Part shown: in pieces, positions 10,368 to 19,140 of the stretch
Numbering within the stretch: the first letter of the stretch is position 1
Layout of the letters: the number at the start of each line of letters is the position of its first letter
DNA from: a virus
Taxonomy: Duplodnaviria > Caudoviricetes
Length of the DNA stretch: 26,819 bases
Direction: 5' to 3' (one strand)
IMG/VR virus record: IMGVR_UViG_3300010368_000087
Coordinates: 1 to 26,819 of that record
Translations under genes and position numbers: made by a program
Notes under the pieces: model-generated
Told to the model about the DNA's origin: nothing
Database searches by the model: none
What the model saw: the letters and a program-made list of their open reading frames with translations, nothing else

Positions 10368-13300
10368 ATGATAGTATCTTTATGGAATGTAACAACTGGT
10401 AGTCAGATATCACTACTGATTGAAAGAACGCCGGTTGAAATTTTGTTGCCAGTTGCCAACAATTATACAGGTATAGAACTAGAACTAATTAGTGGAAAGT
10501 TACCAACTGGCACACGTCTTGATGGTATTAAGATTGTAGGAACTGCATTTGAAGTTGTAACTGATACTGTATTTACTGCTGTCATCCGCGCCCATTGGAT
10601 GGGCAATTTTGATGACAGAACAATAAAAATTACAGTTACTGGTGCTGATGCACCAGTATGGATAACCAATCCTGGTTTGTTGCCAGTTGGAAGTAATGAA
10701 ACTTTATTTATTTTAGATAACGAGGTAATTGATTATCAACTACTAGCAAATGATCCAGATTTACCAGCTGGTGATATACTTGACTATTACATTGCAAATG
10801 ATGATGGAATTTTACCGCCTGGTATTACTCTAACTAATACTGGAAGATTACAAGGAATTACTGAACCATTATTGGCACTTGATCAAAGATATCAAGCGGG
10901 CGGATACGATGCACAGCCATTTGGGGAGTTACCATTTGATTATGCAAATGCAGAAAGTATATATTACAGTTCACAGAGTCTTAGAAAATTAAATAGATAT
11001 TATCCATTTGCAGTTACAGTAACAGATGGTGATACATTTGTTAGACGTGAATTTAAAATTTATTTGGTTGGTGATGATTATTTAAGAGCTGATAATACTA
11101 TTATGTCAGTTAGCACTGGTGTTTTTAGAGCTGATAACACTCATATCCGTACTCCAAAATGGATCACTTCCAGTGATTTGGGGTTCCGCCGTGCTAATAA
11201 CTATCAAACAATATTTCTAGAAATAATAGATAATGACACACTTAGTGGTGCAGTGTATTATACCTTAGAAAATTTAAATGACGATGGCAGTGTGAGTGAA
11301 CTTCCAAAAGGAATGTCGTTAGACAAAAACACTGGTGAAGTATATGGACGTATTCCATACCAGCCTGCTATTACAGGGAATTATAAATTTACAGTTAAGG
11401 CAACTAGAGATACTGGAGATTTGGATACACTTTCAATATATGCAACATTTTATGAAGATGTGCTATTGGGCAAAAAAAGTTTTAAAGTTTATAAATTAGA
11501 CTTAACAGGACTTCTTGATGGTGTTAATGATTTGTATGAATTGGTTGGAAGGAATATCTTAATTAATAATGGAATTTATCATGTTACCCTTGTGGATGAT
11601 TCCAATGATGATTATGATGTTATCCATGTTGACTCTACGTTAGCACCAAAAATCTCTTTACTGCTCAGTAGAACTGCTGAAATCGGAGATGATGTAATAT
11701 TTGTTAATAGATTGTCGGAAAGTGAAAAGGAAAAATACCAGAGCAGTAAATTAAATTTTACTGACACTGAATCCTACACTATTGGTGAAATCATTCCTTA
11801 CATTGAATATCAAATTGAGCAACCATCATCTTTGAGTGCGCCAATATTACCCCAGGGGTCTCCAAGATCATTGGAAGTATACCAGCAATTTGATCCAGGT
11901 GATTATGTTATATATACTGAAGAAGTTGGCGGTGACGATAAGATATACAAATATGTTGGAACAACTTTCACCATAATACAACCACAAGTAGACATAAACA
12001 ACATCCCCATTGAAGTAAACGGTTTTATACAAATTGACCTTGACATTAATTCGGGTGATTGGGAAGAAATTGCAGAATCACTTGGAAATGTTCCATTGGA
12101 TGATAGAGTAACTGCAACTATACAGGCACTGGAAGCAGAGTTTGGTGGTGAAGCATATGTTGATGTTGTTGCTGAAAATTTATGGAAAATTAGATTAAGA
12201 AGTACTTCAGATTCAAGAATTATTACAAACATTAAAAACTTTTTTACCAATTCAGAAACTACTGCAACCGTGACAGTAACACTATTACGAGACAACGAAG
12301 ATCGTATAAAGTTTGCCAACTCAGCTTCCTTGGAAAGACAACTCAACCAAGGCAGGAATATTGGTATTGCATTATTTAAAAATGATTTCTTTTATGAAGA
12401 TATACTGATATCAAGTACTGACGTCGTCGATTTGCCAAGTAGTTCAAAAACATTTGAAGTCAAAGTTATTGGAGAAATTGATACCAATATTGAATGGCTT
12501 ACTGACCCATACTTGGGTAGTATTAACGCAAATTATAGAAGCACATTAAAAGTTGAAGCACAAACAACTGTGCCTGATACTAGAATGCTTTACAGATTGG
12601 TGTCTGGAAAGTTGCCGTACGGTATGAACTTGACATATACTGGAGAAATCGTTGGGTCGGCGAATCAATTCGCCGATGAAACCACTCTTGGGCTTACCAC
12701 CTTTGATAATAAGACAGTGGGCTGGGATGGTAACAATCCTGGAGTAACAACTTTTGACCGCCAATTTAAATTTACAATAGAAGCCAAAGACAGATTTAAT
12801 TATACTGCAATTGAACGAGAATTTATATTAGATGTTATTGACTTGGATAATACTCAGTATACTGATATAGTTGCAAGACCAATGTTGTCTCCTGAACAGA
12901 GGTCTATATATAACAATTTTGTAATTAATTCAAATATTTTCCCACAGGACTCTATATATAGGCCAGATGATCCAGAATTTGGAATTCAGCAACACATTGA
13001 AATGTTGGTGTATGCTGGTATTGAAGCAACTAGTATTGACCAATTTGTAGCTGCCGCTGCAAAAAATCACAAGCGTAAAAAATACATTTTAGGTGATTTT
13101 AAGAAAGCAATAGCAAGACAGCCAGGAACTACCGACACTGTGTATGAAGTAATTTATATTGAAGTTATTGATCCAGCTGGTGCAAAAACTGGAAAAACTA
13201 GAAAGAATTTTAATATTTCAACTACTAATAAGATCACAGTTGATAGCATTCAGTATGCTGCAAAGGATGACTTTACCAAACTTGGATTAGGAGGGGCTGA

Positions 13301-13859
13301 ACTACCAATTTACGGAAGACAAACAGTTAGATTCCTATTTCCTGATGGAGGTACTCTTCTAATGGAAACTAGAAATAGTGAAATATTTTTTGATGTAGAC
13401 AATAATGATTTCACTGTTGAAATTAGAGACACTGGCCTTATTACCGTGGAAATGGCATTGAGTGACAGTGAACCACAAAGACTGCGACCCGTTACTAATA
13501 CTGTAAAGACAGATAGTGATGCTATTAAAGTATCTGATGCCAAGGATCAGAAACGATATATTTCTAATATTGATAACATGCGTGATAACATTAAACAAAT
13601 TGGCAAGCGTGAACGAGAGTATTTGCCACTGTGGATGAGAACACCCCAGGCTGGGTATCAAGAATTGGATTTTATATCAGCCATTCCAGTATGTTATTGC
13701 AAACCAGGAACAGCTGACAATATCTTATTAAACATAAAGAATTCAAACTTTGATGTCAAGGATATAAATTTTGAGATCGATCGTTATATTGTTCAGCGAT
13801 CTGAAGGAACAAACCAAGAGCAATACATATTATTCGCAAATTATCAATTCAATGTATAA
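10368..13859 (+). CDS. Large virion structural protein with putative Ig (He_PIG-like) repeats, probable baseplate component
   Basis: Four repeats of G-x-LP-x-G-x-x-L-x(2-3)-G-x-I-x-G type: GKLPTGTRLDG, GILPPGITLTNTGRLQG, ELPKGMSLDKNTGEVYG, GKLPYGMNLTYTGEIVG. Tail-module context. Confidence 0.7.
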   Translation: MIVSLWNVTTGSQISLLIERTPVEILLPVANNYTGIELELISGKLPTGTRLDGIKIVGTAFEVVTDTVFTAVIRAHWMGNFDDRTIKITVTGADAPVWITNPGLLPVGSNETLFILDNEVIDYQLLANDPDLPAGDILDYYIANDDGILPPGITLTNTGRLQGITEPLLALDQRYQAGGYDAQPFGELPFDYANAESIYYSSQSLRKLNRYYPFAVTVTDGDTFVRREFKIYLVGDDYLRADNTIMSVSTGVFRADNTHIRTPKWITSSDLGFRRANNYQTIFLEIIDNDTLSGAVYYTLENLNDDGSVSELPKGMSLDKNTGEVYGRIPYQPAITGNYKFTVKATRDTGDLDTLSIYATFYEDVLLGKKSFKVYKLDLTGLLDGVNDLYELVGRNILINNGIYHVTLVDDSNDDYDVIHVDSTLAPKISLLLSRTAEIGDDVIFVNRLSESEKEKYQSSKLNFTDTESYTIGEIIPYIEYQIEQPSSLSAPILPQGSPRSLEVYQQFDPGDYVIYTEEVGGDDKIYKYVGTTFTIIQPQVDINNIPIEVNGFIQIDLDINSGDWEEIAESLGNVPLDDRVTATIQALEAEFGGEAYVDVVAENLWKIRLRSTSDSRIITNIKNFFTNSETTATVTVTLLRDNEDRIKFANSASLERQLNQGRNIGIALFKNDFFYEDILISSTDVVDLPSSSKTFEVKVIGEIDTNIEWLTDPYLGSINANYRSTLKVEAQTTVPDTRMLYRLVSGKLPYGMNLTYTGEIVGSANQFADETTLGLTTFDNKTVGWDGNNPGVTTFDRQFKFTIEAKDRFNYTAIEREFILDVIDLDNTQYTDIVARPMLSPEQRSIYNNFVINSNIFPQDSIYRPDDPEFGIQQHIEMLVYAGIEATSIDQFVAAAAKNHKRKKYILGDFKKAIARQPGTTDTVYEVIYIEVIDPAGAKTGKTRKNFNISTTNKITVDSIQYAAKDDFTKLGLGGAELPIYGRQTVRFLFPDGGTLLMETRNSEIFFDVDNNDFTVEIRDTGLITVEMALSDSEPQRLRPVTNTVKTDSDAIKVSDAKDQKRYISNIDNMRDNIKQIGKREREYLPLWMRTPQAGYQELDFISAIPVCYCKPGTADNILLNIKNSNFDVKDINFEIDRYIVQRSEGTNQEQYILFANYQFNV

Positions 13860-13865
13860 TTGTAA

Positions 13866-13871
13866 TAAATA
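13866..13871 (+). promoter_or_regulatory. TAAATA late-promoter-like motif
   Basis: Intergenic, upstream of GAGG SD and ATG 13890. Confidence 0.55.
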
Positions 13872-13889
13872 TTAAAAAGAGGAAAAAAA

Positions 13890-14480
13890 ATGACTAGTAA
13901 CATAATTAGTACAACCATTGATGAGACGTATCCAGTTGCTGGCGTTGACAACGATACTCAAGGGTTTAGAGATAACTTCAATATTATAAAAAATAATTTT
14001 GCAGCAGCCAAAGTTGAGATCGACGCATTGCAAGCCAATGCAGTGTTAAAAGCATCGCTATCTGAAGACGGCACGGTGGATAATGACATGCTGGGCAATA
14101 CTATAGTCAATGCAGAGTTGTTGGCTGTCACTGATGCATTTGATGCTATTGGCACTGTTATTGCTGGTATGAACGTTAGTTTCTCAAATGGACATTACCA
14201 AACAATGACATTGGCTAATGAAGTAGAAGATATAACATTTACACTTGCTGATTGGCCTGCAACTGACCGTCATGCATCCATGCGTGTGGAACTTCTCAGT
14301 GCTGGCGGACTTGCAAAAACTGTAACTTGGGTAGTTGACGGTGGTGGAACTATTAAATATAGTTCAAACTGGCCTGAAGAGTTTCTTATCAGCAATACCA
14401 CTGATCCTGTGGTTCTAGAGTTTTGGACATATGACGCAGGTGATACAGTTTTTGCAAACTATATAGGACAGTTTGTGTAA
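13890..14480 (+). CDS. Putative virion structural protein
   Basis: IDETYPVAGVDNDTQGFRDNFNIIKNNF N-terminus followed by a short coiled-coil-like segment; late motif and SD upstream. Confidence 0.6.
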   Translation: MTSNIISTTIDETYPVAGVDNDTQGFRDNFNIIKNNFAAAKVEIDALQANAVLKASLSEDGTVDNDMLGNTIVNAELLAVTDAFDAIGTVIAGMNVSFSNGHYQTMTLANEVEDITFTLADWPATDRHASMRVELLSAGGLAKTVTWVVDGGGTIKYSSNWPEEFLISNTTDPVVLEFWTYDAGDTVFANYIGQFV

Positions 14481-14722
14481 TGCACCATCCGCTAATCACA
14501 GACTTAGCAACTTATACTGACACACAAGTTGAAGATCGTATTACCGATCTTCAACGTAAATACTTTCAGACTAGAAATCCAGACTTGCAATGGCAAATTG
14601 CAAGCGCACTGGACATATACAAAGAAGAATTACAGCACCGAAGATCAATCGCTGCACAAAAACAGCGTGAACAAATGGGAATTGGTAATTCAGATCTTGA
14701 CAGTTTAATAAATGTAAGTTAA
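14480..14722 (+). CDS. Hypothetical protein (helical, 80 aa)
   Basis: TAATG coupling to the upstream gene; clean ORF. Confidence 0.7.
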   Translation: MHHPLITDLATYTDTQVEDRITDLQRKYFQTRNPDLQWQIASALDIYKEELQHRRSIAAQKQREQMGIGNSDLDSLINVS

Positions 14723-14725
14723 ACT
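14697..14725 (+). promoter_or_regulatory. Sigma70-type promoter, probably giving a leaderless dnaE mRNA
   Basis: TTGACA (14697-14702), 17-nt spacer, TAAACT (14720-14725); ATG starts 7 nt later with no SD. Confidence 0.7.
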
Positions 14726-14731
14726 GTATGT

Positions 14732-15289
14732 ATGCTTATAAAAACAGATAATCTGGGAATTCCACGTTTCACAAATCTTGATCTTATTGATATGATCTAT
14801 TCAGGTCATGTTGACAAATGTCATGTGGTGTTATGCGATCCTAGTGATGATGTTGAAAAGTTTAATGCAGCGATGCGTGAACAATACCTCCCCGAACTCA
14901 CAACTTATATCCCACTAGATGTAGATCAAAAGACTTTTGATGGTGCTTTGCAAAGTGAATGGTTTATGCCTGATGAATACAAACATCTTGATGTAGATGA
15001 TTTTTGTATGCGTAAACTGATGAAGATAAAAAATGTAACTCATCCAAGTGCTGTAATTTATTCGACAGAAAGTGAACGAGCATACGAAGAACTTGCAGCG
15101 TTTGACGAGCGTGGTATGTACAACTTGCTACGCTATATGATCTATCTTGTAGACTTTATGCGTGAGAACAACATCGTATGGGGGGTAGGACGTGGCAGCA
15201 GCGTCAGTTCCTACGTTTTATTTCTCATCGGAGTTCATAGAATCGATAGTTTAAAATATAACCTTGATTGGAGAGAATTTTTAAGATAG
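14732..15289 (+). CDS. dnaE: DNA polymerase III alpha (DnaE)-like N-terminal fragment of a split C-family polymerase
   Basis: ERAYEEL...YLVDFMRENNIVWGVGRGSSVSSYVLFLIGVHRIDSLKYNLDWREFLR matches the DnaE VGPGRGSAAGSLVAY-LGIT-DP...LFERFL block. Ends just before the catalytic PDIDxD motif. Confidence 0.8.
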   Translation: MLIKTDNLGIPRFTNLDLIDMIYSGHVDKCHVVLCDPSDDVEKFNAAMREQYLPELTTYIPLDVDQKTFDGALQSEWFMPDEYKHLDVDDFCMRKLMKIKNVTHPSAVIYSTESERAYEELAAFDERGMYNLLRYMIYLVDFMRENNIVWGVGRGSSVSSYVLFLIGVHRIDSLKYNLDWREFLR

Positions 15290-16012
15290 ACCTTTCTTTT
15301 TGTTTTCCCAATATAATTTTCTTTTTTCACTCATTTTTCTTTTTGCTTCATCTGTAAACACTCTTCCTTTACCCTTCTCGCTTATTTTTTTCCTAGTTTC
15401 GATAGATACTTCTTGACCTAGTCTATGTTTATTTCCTTTTAAAGATTGGCTAATTTTTTCTTTTGTTTCATCAGACATTTTTCTTCCTTTTTGTTTTTCA
15501 CTCATTATTTTGCGAGTTTCAGCAGAGTGACATTTTCCAAAAAAAGGATTCTCCTCACCGACTTTGCCGAACATTGGATTATTTGTGCCTTTTAATTTAC
15601 TTGAAATTTTTTGTCGTGTTTCTAAAGATGCCGGCTGTCTGTTTTTTCCAGCAATTTTTAGTTTTTCTTTTGTTTCGTCACTTACAATCGTTCCGGTAGA
15701 ATCATAACAAAATTTAGTTGATGTTTGCTTGGCATTATTATAAAAATTTTCATTTAAATTTACATTAAACTTATTGTGTAGTTTTATTTCGAACTGTAAA
15801 GCACTGTGTCTGTTATCAAAGATTCTAATAACTTTATATCGGTAATTTTGTGGATTGTCTTTTTGATCTTTTATAAAGTCTTTATTTCTAGACGAAGAAA
15901 AATAACTGTTGCCTAAATCAAAAACAGGAAAATTATTTGAAGATCTAACGCCGTAATAGTGTCTTCTTTCAATAGTGTTTGTAATCCTATAAACATAATG
16001 ATACTTTTTCAT
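15281..16012 (-). CDS. Free-standing GIY-YIG homing endonuclease (Seg-like) with NUMOD3 repeats
   Basis: YHYVYRITN...HYYGVRSS...YFSSS...FE..LH...FYN catalytic domain. Repeated S-x-ET(K/R)-x-K(I/M)S and NP(M/F)FGK motifs. AAGAGG SD; convergent 9-nt overlap with dnaE. Confidence 0.88.
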   Translation of the reverse strand: MKKYHYVYRITNTIERRHYYGVRSSNNFPVFDLGNSYFSSSRNKDFIKDQKDNPQNYRYKVIRIFDNRHSALQFEIKLHNKFNVNLNENFYNNAKQTSTKFCYDSTGTIVSDETKEKLKIAGKNRQPASLETRQKISSKLKGTNNPMFGKVGEENPFFGKCHSAETRKIMSEKQKGRKMSDETKEKISQSLKGNKHRLGQEVSIETRKKISEKGKGRVFTDEAKRKMSEKRKLYWENKKKGLS

Positions 16013-16048
16013 AAAAAACCTCTTGCTAAATATGTAATATTATGTTAT

Positions 16049-16054
16049 TATTTA
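16049..16054 (-). promoter_or_regulatory. TAAATA late-promoter-like motif for the endonuclease
   Basis: GATAAATA on the minus strand about 37 nt upstream of ATG 16012. Confidence 0.55.
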
Positions 16055-16065
16055 TCATAAAGTGC

Positions 16066-16164
16066 GGATCAAGCGTGGCAAGTTATGTGCTGTATTTAAT
16101 TGGCGTACATAAGATAGATTCAATTAAGTATAATCTTGACTGGCGGGAATTTTTAAGAGACTAA
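16066..16164 (+). pseudogene. Orphaned second copy of the dnaE-fragment 3' end (GSSVASYVLYLIGVHKIDSIKYNLDWREFLRD*)
   Basis: 27/31 aa identical to the C-terminus encoded at 15194-15286; no start codon. Its TAA overlaps the TAAATA motif (16162-16167) of the next gene. Confidence 0.9.
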
Positions 16165-16190
16165 ATATACGTATATTATAGGAGGCTATT

Positions 16191-16589
16191 ATGGCTAAAA
16201 CACAAAAAGGTAAAACGCAACATCGCTCAATGAGAGGTAAAATTGTTGACATGGATTTGTTGCAAAAAAAGAACGAACTAACACCTGCCATTGGCAATGC
16301 TAGGGTAAATGCCCGCGGTGATGTACTTGGTGCTGGTGGTAAAATTGTAAAGACACGTGACCAAGTTGTTAGAGAGTTTTACAACAATGGAACAAAGGAA
16401 GCAATAGATGAAACTGGTGGGTTTAAACTCTCAGAAAAACCAGTTATTGCGAAAGAAGAACTTCCAGAATTAACCTCTTCAGAAAAAGAGCTGTTTGAGG
16501 ACGACGGGTGGATTGAAGATGATCAGGGCAATTTTGTTAAATCAGAAGCTGTGGTAAAAACTACAACAACCAAAAAAGGTGCAAGATGA
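16191..16589 (+). CDS. Hypothetical protein (likely late/virion-associated)
   Basis: Strong AGGAGG SD and TAAATA at 16162; ATGA overlap with groES. Confidence 0.75.
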   Translation: MAKTQKGKTQHRSMRGKIVDMDLLQKKNELTPAIGNARVNARGDVLGAGGKIVKTRDQVVREFYNNGTKEAIDETGGFKLSEKPVIAKEELPELTSSEKELFEDDGWIEDDQGNFVKSEAVVKTTTTKKGAR

Positions 16590-16990
16590 GTATAAATCTT
16601 AATGTTATTTCCGGTACGCTAAAACCGATTGGAAATAGAGTAATTGTAAGTGACATGCATTTCGGTGAGCAAAAAACTAAATCTGGTTTAATTCTCAGAG
16701 ACGACAACGGCTCAACACGTGGCATTTATCCGAGATGGGGACGTGTACATTCAAAAGGACCCGCAAATACTGACCCGTACGAAATTGGTGATTGGGTTCT
16801 TATTGAACATGGTCGCTGGACACGAGGCATTGTTATTGATGAAGGAAATGGAAAAATTGAACTACGAATGGTTGAAACTGAAAGTATTTTAATGTACAGT
16901 GACCAGCAGCCATCAGGAATTCAGATTGGTAACGAATACAAAGACGGTGAAGGCTACACAGTAGATCCGTCATCATTTATTAACGCATAA
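16586..16990 (+). CDS. groES: Co-chaperonin GroES (cpn10) family protein
   Basis: LKPIGNRVIV...EQKTKSGLIL...GRVHSKGP...IGDWVL motifs. Confidence 0.85.
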   Translation: MSINLNVISGTLKPIGNRVIVSDMHFGEQKTKSGLILRDDNGSTRGIYPRWGRVHSKGPANTDPYEIGDWVLIEHGRWTRGIVIDEGNGKIELRMVETESILMYSDQQPSGIQIGNEYKDGEGYTVDPSSFINA

Positions 16991-17000
16991 AAGGAATAAT

Positions 17001-17357
17001 ATGACCAACCCATTTAAAGACGTAGACACGTTTCACACAGCATGTGACCAAGAGCCAAACGAAGCAAACTATGAAATGTATCTCGATCTAATAGACGAAG
17101 AATACATTGAACTTCAAAAAGCACTTAGAAGGCACGATACTGTAGAACAACTCGATGCACTTGTAGACATCCTGGTTGTTACCATGGGTGCTATTAGGGC
17201 AGCAGGTTGGGACAGCGAAGCTGCATGGAACGAAGTGATGCGCACCAACTTTGCAAAGATTGATCCAGACACGGGTAAAGTTATCAAACGTGCAGACGGA
17301 AAGGTGCTCAAAGGCCCGGATTGGGTACCACCGAACCTAGAACAGTTTGTAAAATAA
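17001..17357 (+). CDS. MazG-like NTP pyrophosphohydrolase (all-alpha NTP-PPase)
   Basis: LIDEEYIEL...EQLDALVDILVVTMG...AWNEVMRTNFAK...KRADGKVLKGPDW.PPNL signature. Confidence 0.8.
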   Translation: MTNPFKDVDTFHTACDQEPNEANYEMYLDLIDEEYIELQKALRRHDTVEQLDALVDILVVTMGAIRAAGWDSEAAWNEVMRTNFAKIDPDTGKVIKRADGKVLKGPDWVPPNLEQFVK

Positions 17358-17365
17358 TTTAACTA

Positions 17366-17394
17366 TTGACTCCTTGCAATTTACATGTTATTGT
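17366..17394 (+). promoter_or_regulatory. Sigma70-type (early) promoter with extended -10
   Basis: TTGACT (17366-17371), 17-nt spacer with TG at 17386-17387, TATTGT (17389-17394). Heads a tightly coupled gene run. Confidence 0.65.
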
Positions 17395-17417
17395 AGTGCA
17401 GATTGCAAGGATTTATT

Positions 17418-17600
17418 ATGAAATTACCACAGCCGGAAATAACAGTAATCCAAAATGGAATTACGACAGCAGGTGCCGCCGGCATTGCTCTAATGATATT
17501 ACATATTTTAGGACATCTAACTGGATGGGCATGGCCCATACTTTACGTGTTTTTGATACTTGCAGGCATCGGGCGTGAAAACAGAAAGGGAACACGATAA
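17418..17600 (+). CDS. Small two-TM membrane protein
   Basis: Start MKLPQPE at 17418 with AAGGA SD; two hydrophobic stretches; TAATG coupling downstream. Confidence 0.7.
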   Translation: MKLPQPEITVIQNGITTAGAAGIALMILHILGHLTGWAWPILYVFLILAGIGRENRKGTR

Positions 17601-18136
17601 TGGCTATTCATGGTATGATAGACCTTGAAACGTTGGATACAACTCCAACATCTACTATTCTAACATTGGGGGCAGTAAAATTTAATCCTCTGACAGCTGA
17701 TGAACCGCATAGTGAACTGTACTTTAAAATTTCTATTGACGAACAAGATATACTAGGACGTACTGTGTCAGAGTCTACGATTGCTTGGTGGTCACAGCAA
17801 CCTCCAGAGATTCAAGCTGACGCATTTTCTGATGAAAACAGAGTTAGCATTGATGAAGTATTAACAGCACTCAACAAATGGCTTGTGGGTGTTGATGAAA
17901 TTTGGGGTCATGGTTATGGTTTTGATATAGGTATACTTGAAAACTTATATAAAATGGTGGGAAAACCCATACCATGGAACTTTTGGCAGATATCAGATAG
18001 TAGAACTATTACAAAGCGTATGCCACAGGACCCCCGCAAAGCCATGCAATCTAGTTTGCATAATGCACTTGCTGATGCTTACTTTCAAGCAAAATCAGTA
18101 CAACAAATTTTTAGCCACTTTGGATTTACAAAATGA
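17600..18136 (+). CDS. DEDDh 3'-5' exonuclease (Rv2179c / exonuclease VIII N-terminal-like)
   Basis: MIDLETL, TIAWW, WGHGYGFDIGIL, IPWNFWQISDSRT and HNALADA motifs. Confidence 0.85.
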   Translation: MAIHGMIDLETLDTTPTSTILTLGAVKFNPLTADEPHSELYFKISIDEQDILGRTVSESTIAWWSQQPPEIQADAFSDENRVSIDEVLTALNKWLVGVDEIWGHGYGFDIGILENLYKMVGKPIPWNFWQISDSRTITKRMPQDPRKAMQSSLHNALADAYFQAKSVQQIFSHFGFTK

Positions 18137-18318
18137 GTATGACACCAGCACCAAGATCACTGTCTGACGAAGAAAAGAAGTTAGTAGAAGAATTTTTTAA
18201 TAATGGCGGTTCTGTTACCCAAAAGAAATATGGGGCAAGAACTGAAGACATAGAATACACTGGCGGTTTTTATCAGAGACGCAAGAAAAAAGCTCAAGAG
18301 GGTAAAGAAGAAGAATGA
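18133..18318 (+). CDS. Small hypothetical protein, possibly SutA-like RNAP-binding domain
   Basis: LVEEFFNNGGSVTQ resembles the EEFL-x-x-GGKV core of SutA; ATGA overlaps on both sides. Confidence 0.55.
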   Translation: MSMTPAPRSLSDEEKKLVEEFFNNGGSVTQKKYGARTEDIEYTGGFYQRRKKKAQEGKEEE

Positions 18319-18497
18319 TTGATGTTGACCTTGCGCTAGTGGGAAATGATGACACTCATCGATGGAACTCTTTGCGATGGGTAGTGCAGCAATATGGATC
18401 TGCAGACAGTGGATTATGGAAATTAAAAGGGTTACAACATATTTGTTTTAGAAACCCAAAACATGCAACTCTATTTTTACTAAGGTGGTCATCATGA
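18315..18497 (+). CDS. Hypothetical protein (60 aa)
   Basis: ATGA coupling on both ends; C-terminal F-x-N-x-KHATLFLLRWS. Confidence 0.7.
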   Translation: MIDVDLALVGNDDTHRWNSLRWVVQQYGSADSGLWKLKGLQHICFRNPKHATLFLLRWSS

Positions 18498-18688
18498 TAC
18501 GATGGTATGATTATGTAGTTGCTGTTATAGCAGCAGACTTTATAACAAGTTTTTTATTTGCAGGATTCGTAGCCGTAACATGGTGGCACCCCTTGTTCTA
18601 TGGGTTTGTAGCAGGTATGACTTTGCAATTTTGGGCCCACGATTATTGCACATTTAGATTAAGACAGGAGATCAAACGTGGAGAATAA
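18494..18688 (+). CDS. Small membrane protein
   Basis: Start MIRWYDY at 18494 (ATGA overlap); two hydrophobic segments. Confidence 0.65.
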   Translation: MIRWYDYVVAVIAADFITSFLFAGFVAVTWWHPLFYGFVAGMTLQFWAHDYCTFRLRQEIKRGE

Positions 18689-19013
18689 CAGCCCGTTAAA
18701 TAAATTACAACAACTAATGGTTATTACCATGGAAGAATGTGGAGAGCTTGTGCAACAATGCAGCAAAACTATTCGCAAATTTAATACTATTGACGAAGCA
18801 CTTGAAGATACAACTCGAGCAAGCGTCAATCGCACCAAGCTAATTGAAGAAGCAGGTGATGTACTTTGTATGATTGAGCTAATGGTTGAGCACGGAATCT
18901 TGACAGACCACGAGCTGGCTGTTAGAGTGCTTGAGAAGCGAGATAAATTAAAAACTTGGAGCAATTTAATTGTTGAAGAAGTGGTGGAGGATCTGGGCCA
19001 AAAGCCTGGGTGA
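18678..19013 (+). CDS. MazG-like nucleotide pyrophosphohydrolase
   Basis: ITMEECGELVQQCSK...LIEEAGDV motif; AGGAG SD before GTG start. Confidence 0.75.
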   Translation: MENNSPLNKLQQLMVITMEECGELVQQCSKTIRKFNTIDEALEDTTRASVNRTKLIEEAGDVLCMIELMVEHGILTDHELAVRVLEKRDKLKTWSNLIVEEVVEDLGQKPG

Positions 19014-19140
19014 GAAAGTCGGCGACACTGATTCCCAAGCGAATGCAGTGGCATTGGTTAGAACATTTTGGTGGGTAGTACATATTATTACCTGTTTTTT
19101 CATAATAGTCCACAATGGACACAACTTAGGATGGTGGTAA
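18970..19140 (+). CDS. Small phage membrane protein (56 aa)
   Basis: My translation from TTG 18970: MLKKWWRIWAKSLGEKVGDTDSQANAVALVRTFWWVVHIITCFFIIVHNGHNLGWW. GGAG SD at 18958; not in the ORF track. Confidence 0.7.
   Translation: MLKKWWRIWAKSLGEKVGDTDSQANAVALVRTFWWVVHIITCFFIIVHNGHNLGWW

Larger units (their letters stand above)
15194..16065. mobile_element. Inferred homing-endonuclease cassette: recoded dnaE 3' end, antisense GIY-YIG gene and its promoter
   Basis: Bracketed by two diverged copies of the last 31 dnaE codons (15194-15289 and 16066-16164). Boundaries approximate. Confidence 0.7.

Noticed and set aside
1731-14155. Many antisense and alternate-frame ORFs inside the structural genes
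   Set aside because: They are shadows of long coding genes with biased codon use and have no recognisable motifs or expression signals.
15194-16065. Group I intron or intein in dnaE
   Set aside because: The upstream ORF already has a complete duplicate end and stop, the nuclease is antisense, and only about 50 nt of AT-rich non-coding sequence remains, too little for a ribozyme core. No intein motifs.
15194-16164. Diversity-generating retroelement TR/VR pair
   Set aside because: Differences are not adenine-specific (many C/T, C/G and T/G changes), are mostly synonymous, and no reverse transcriptase is present in the window.
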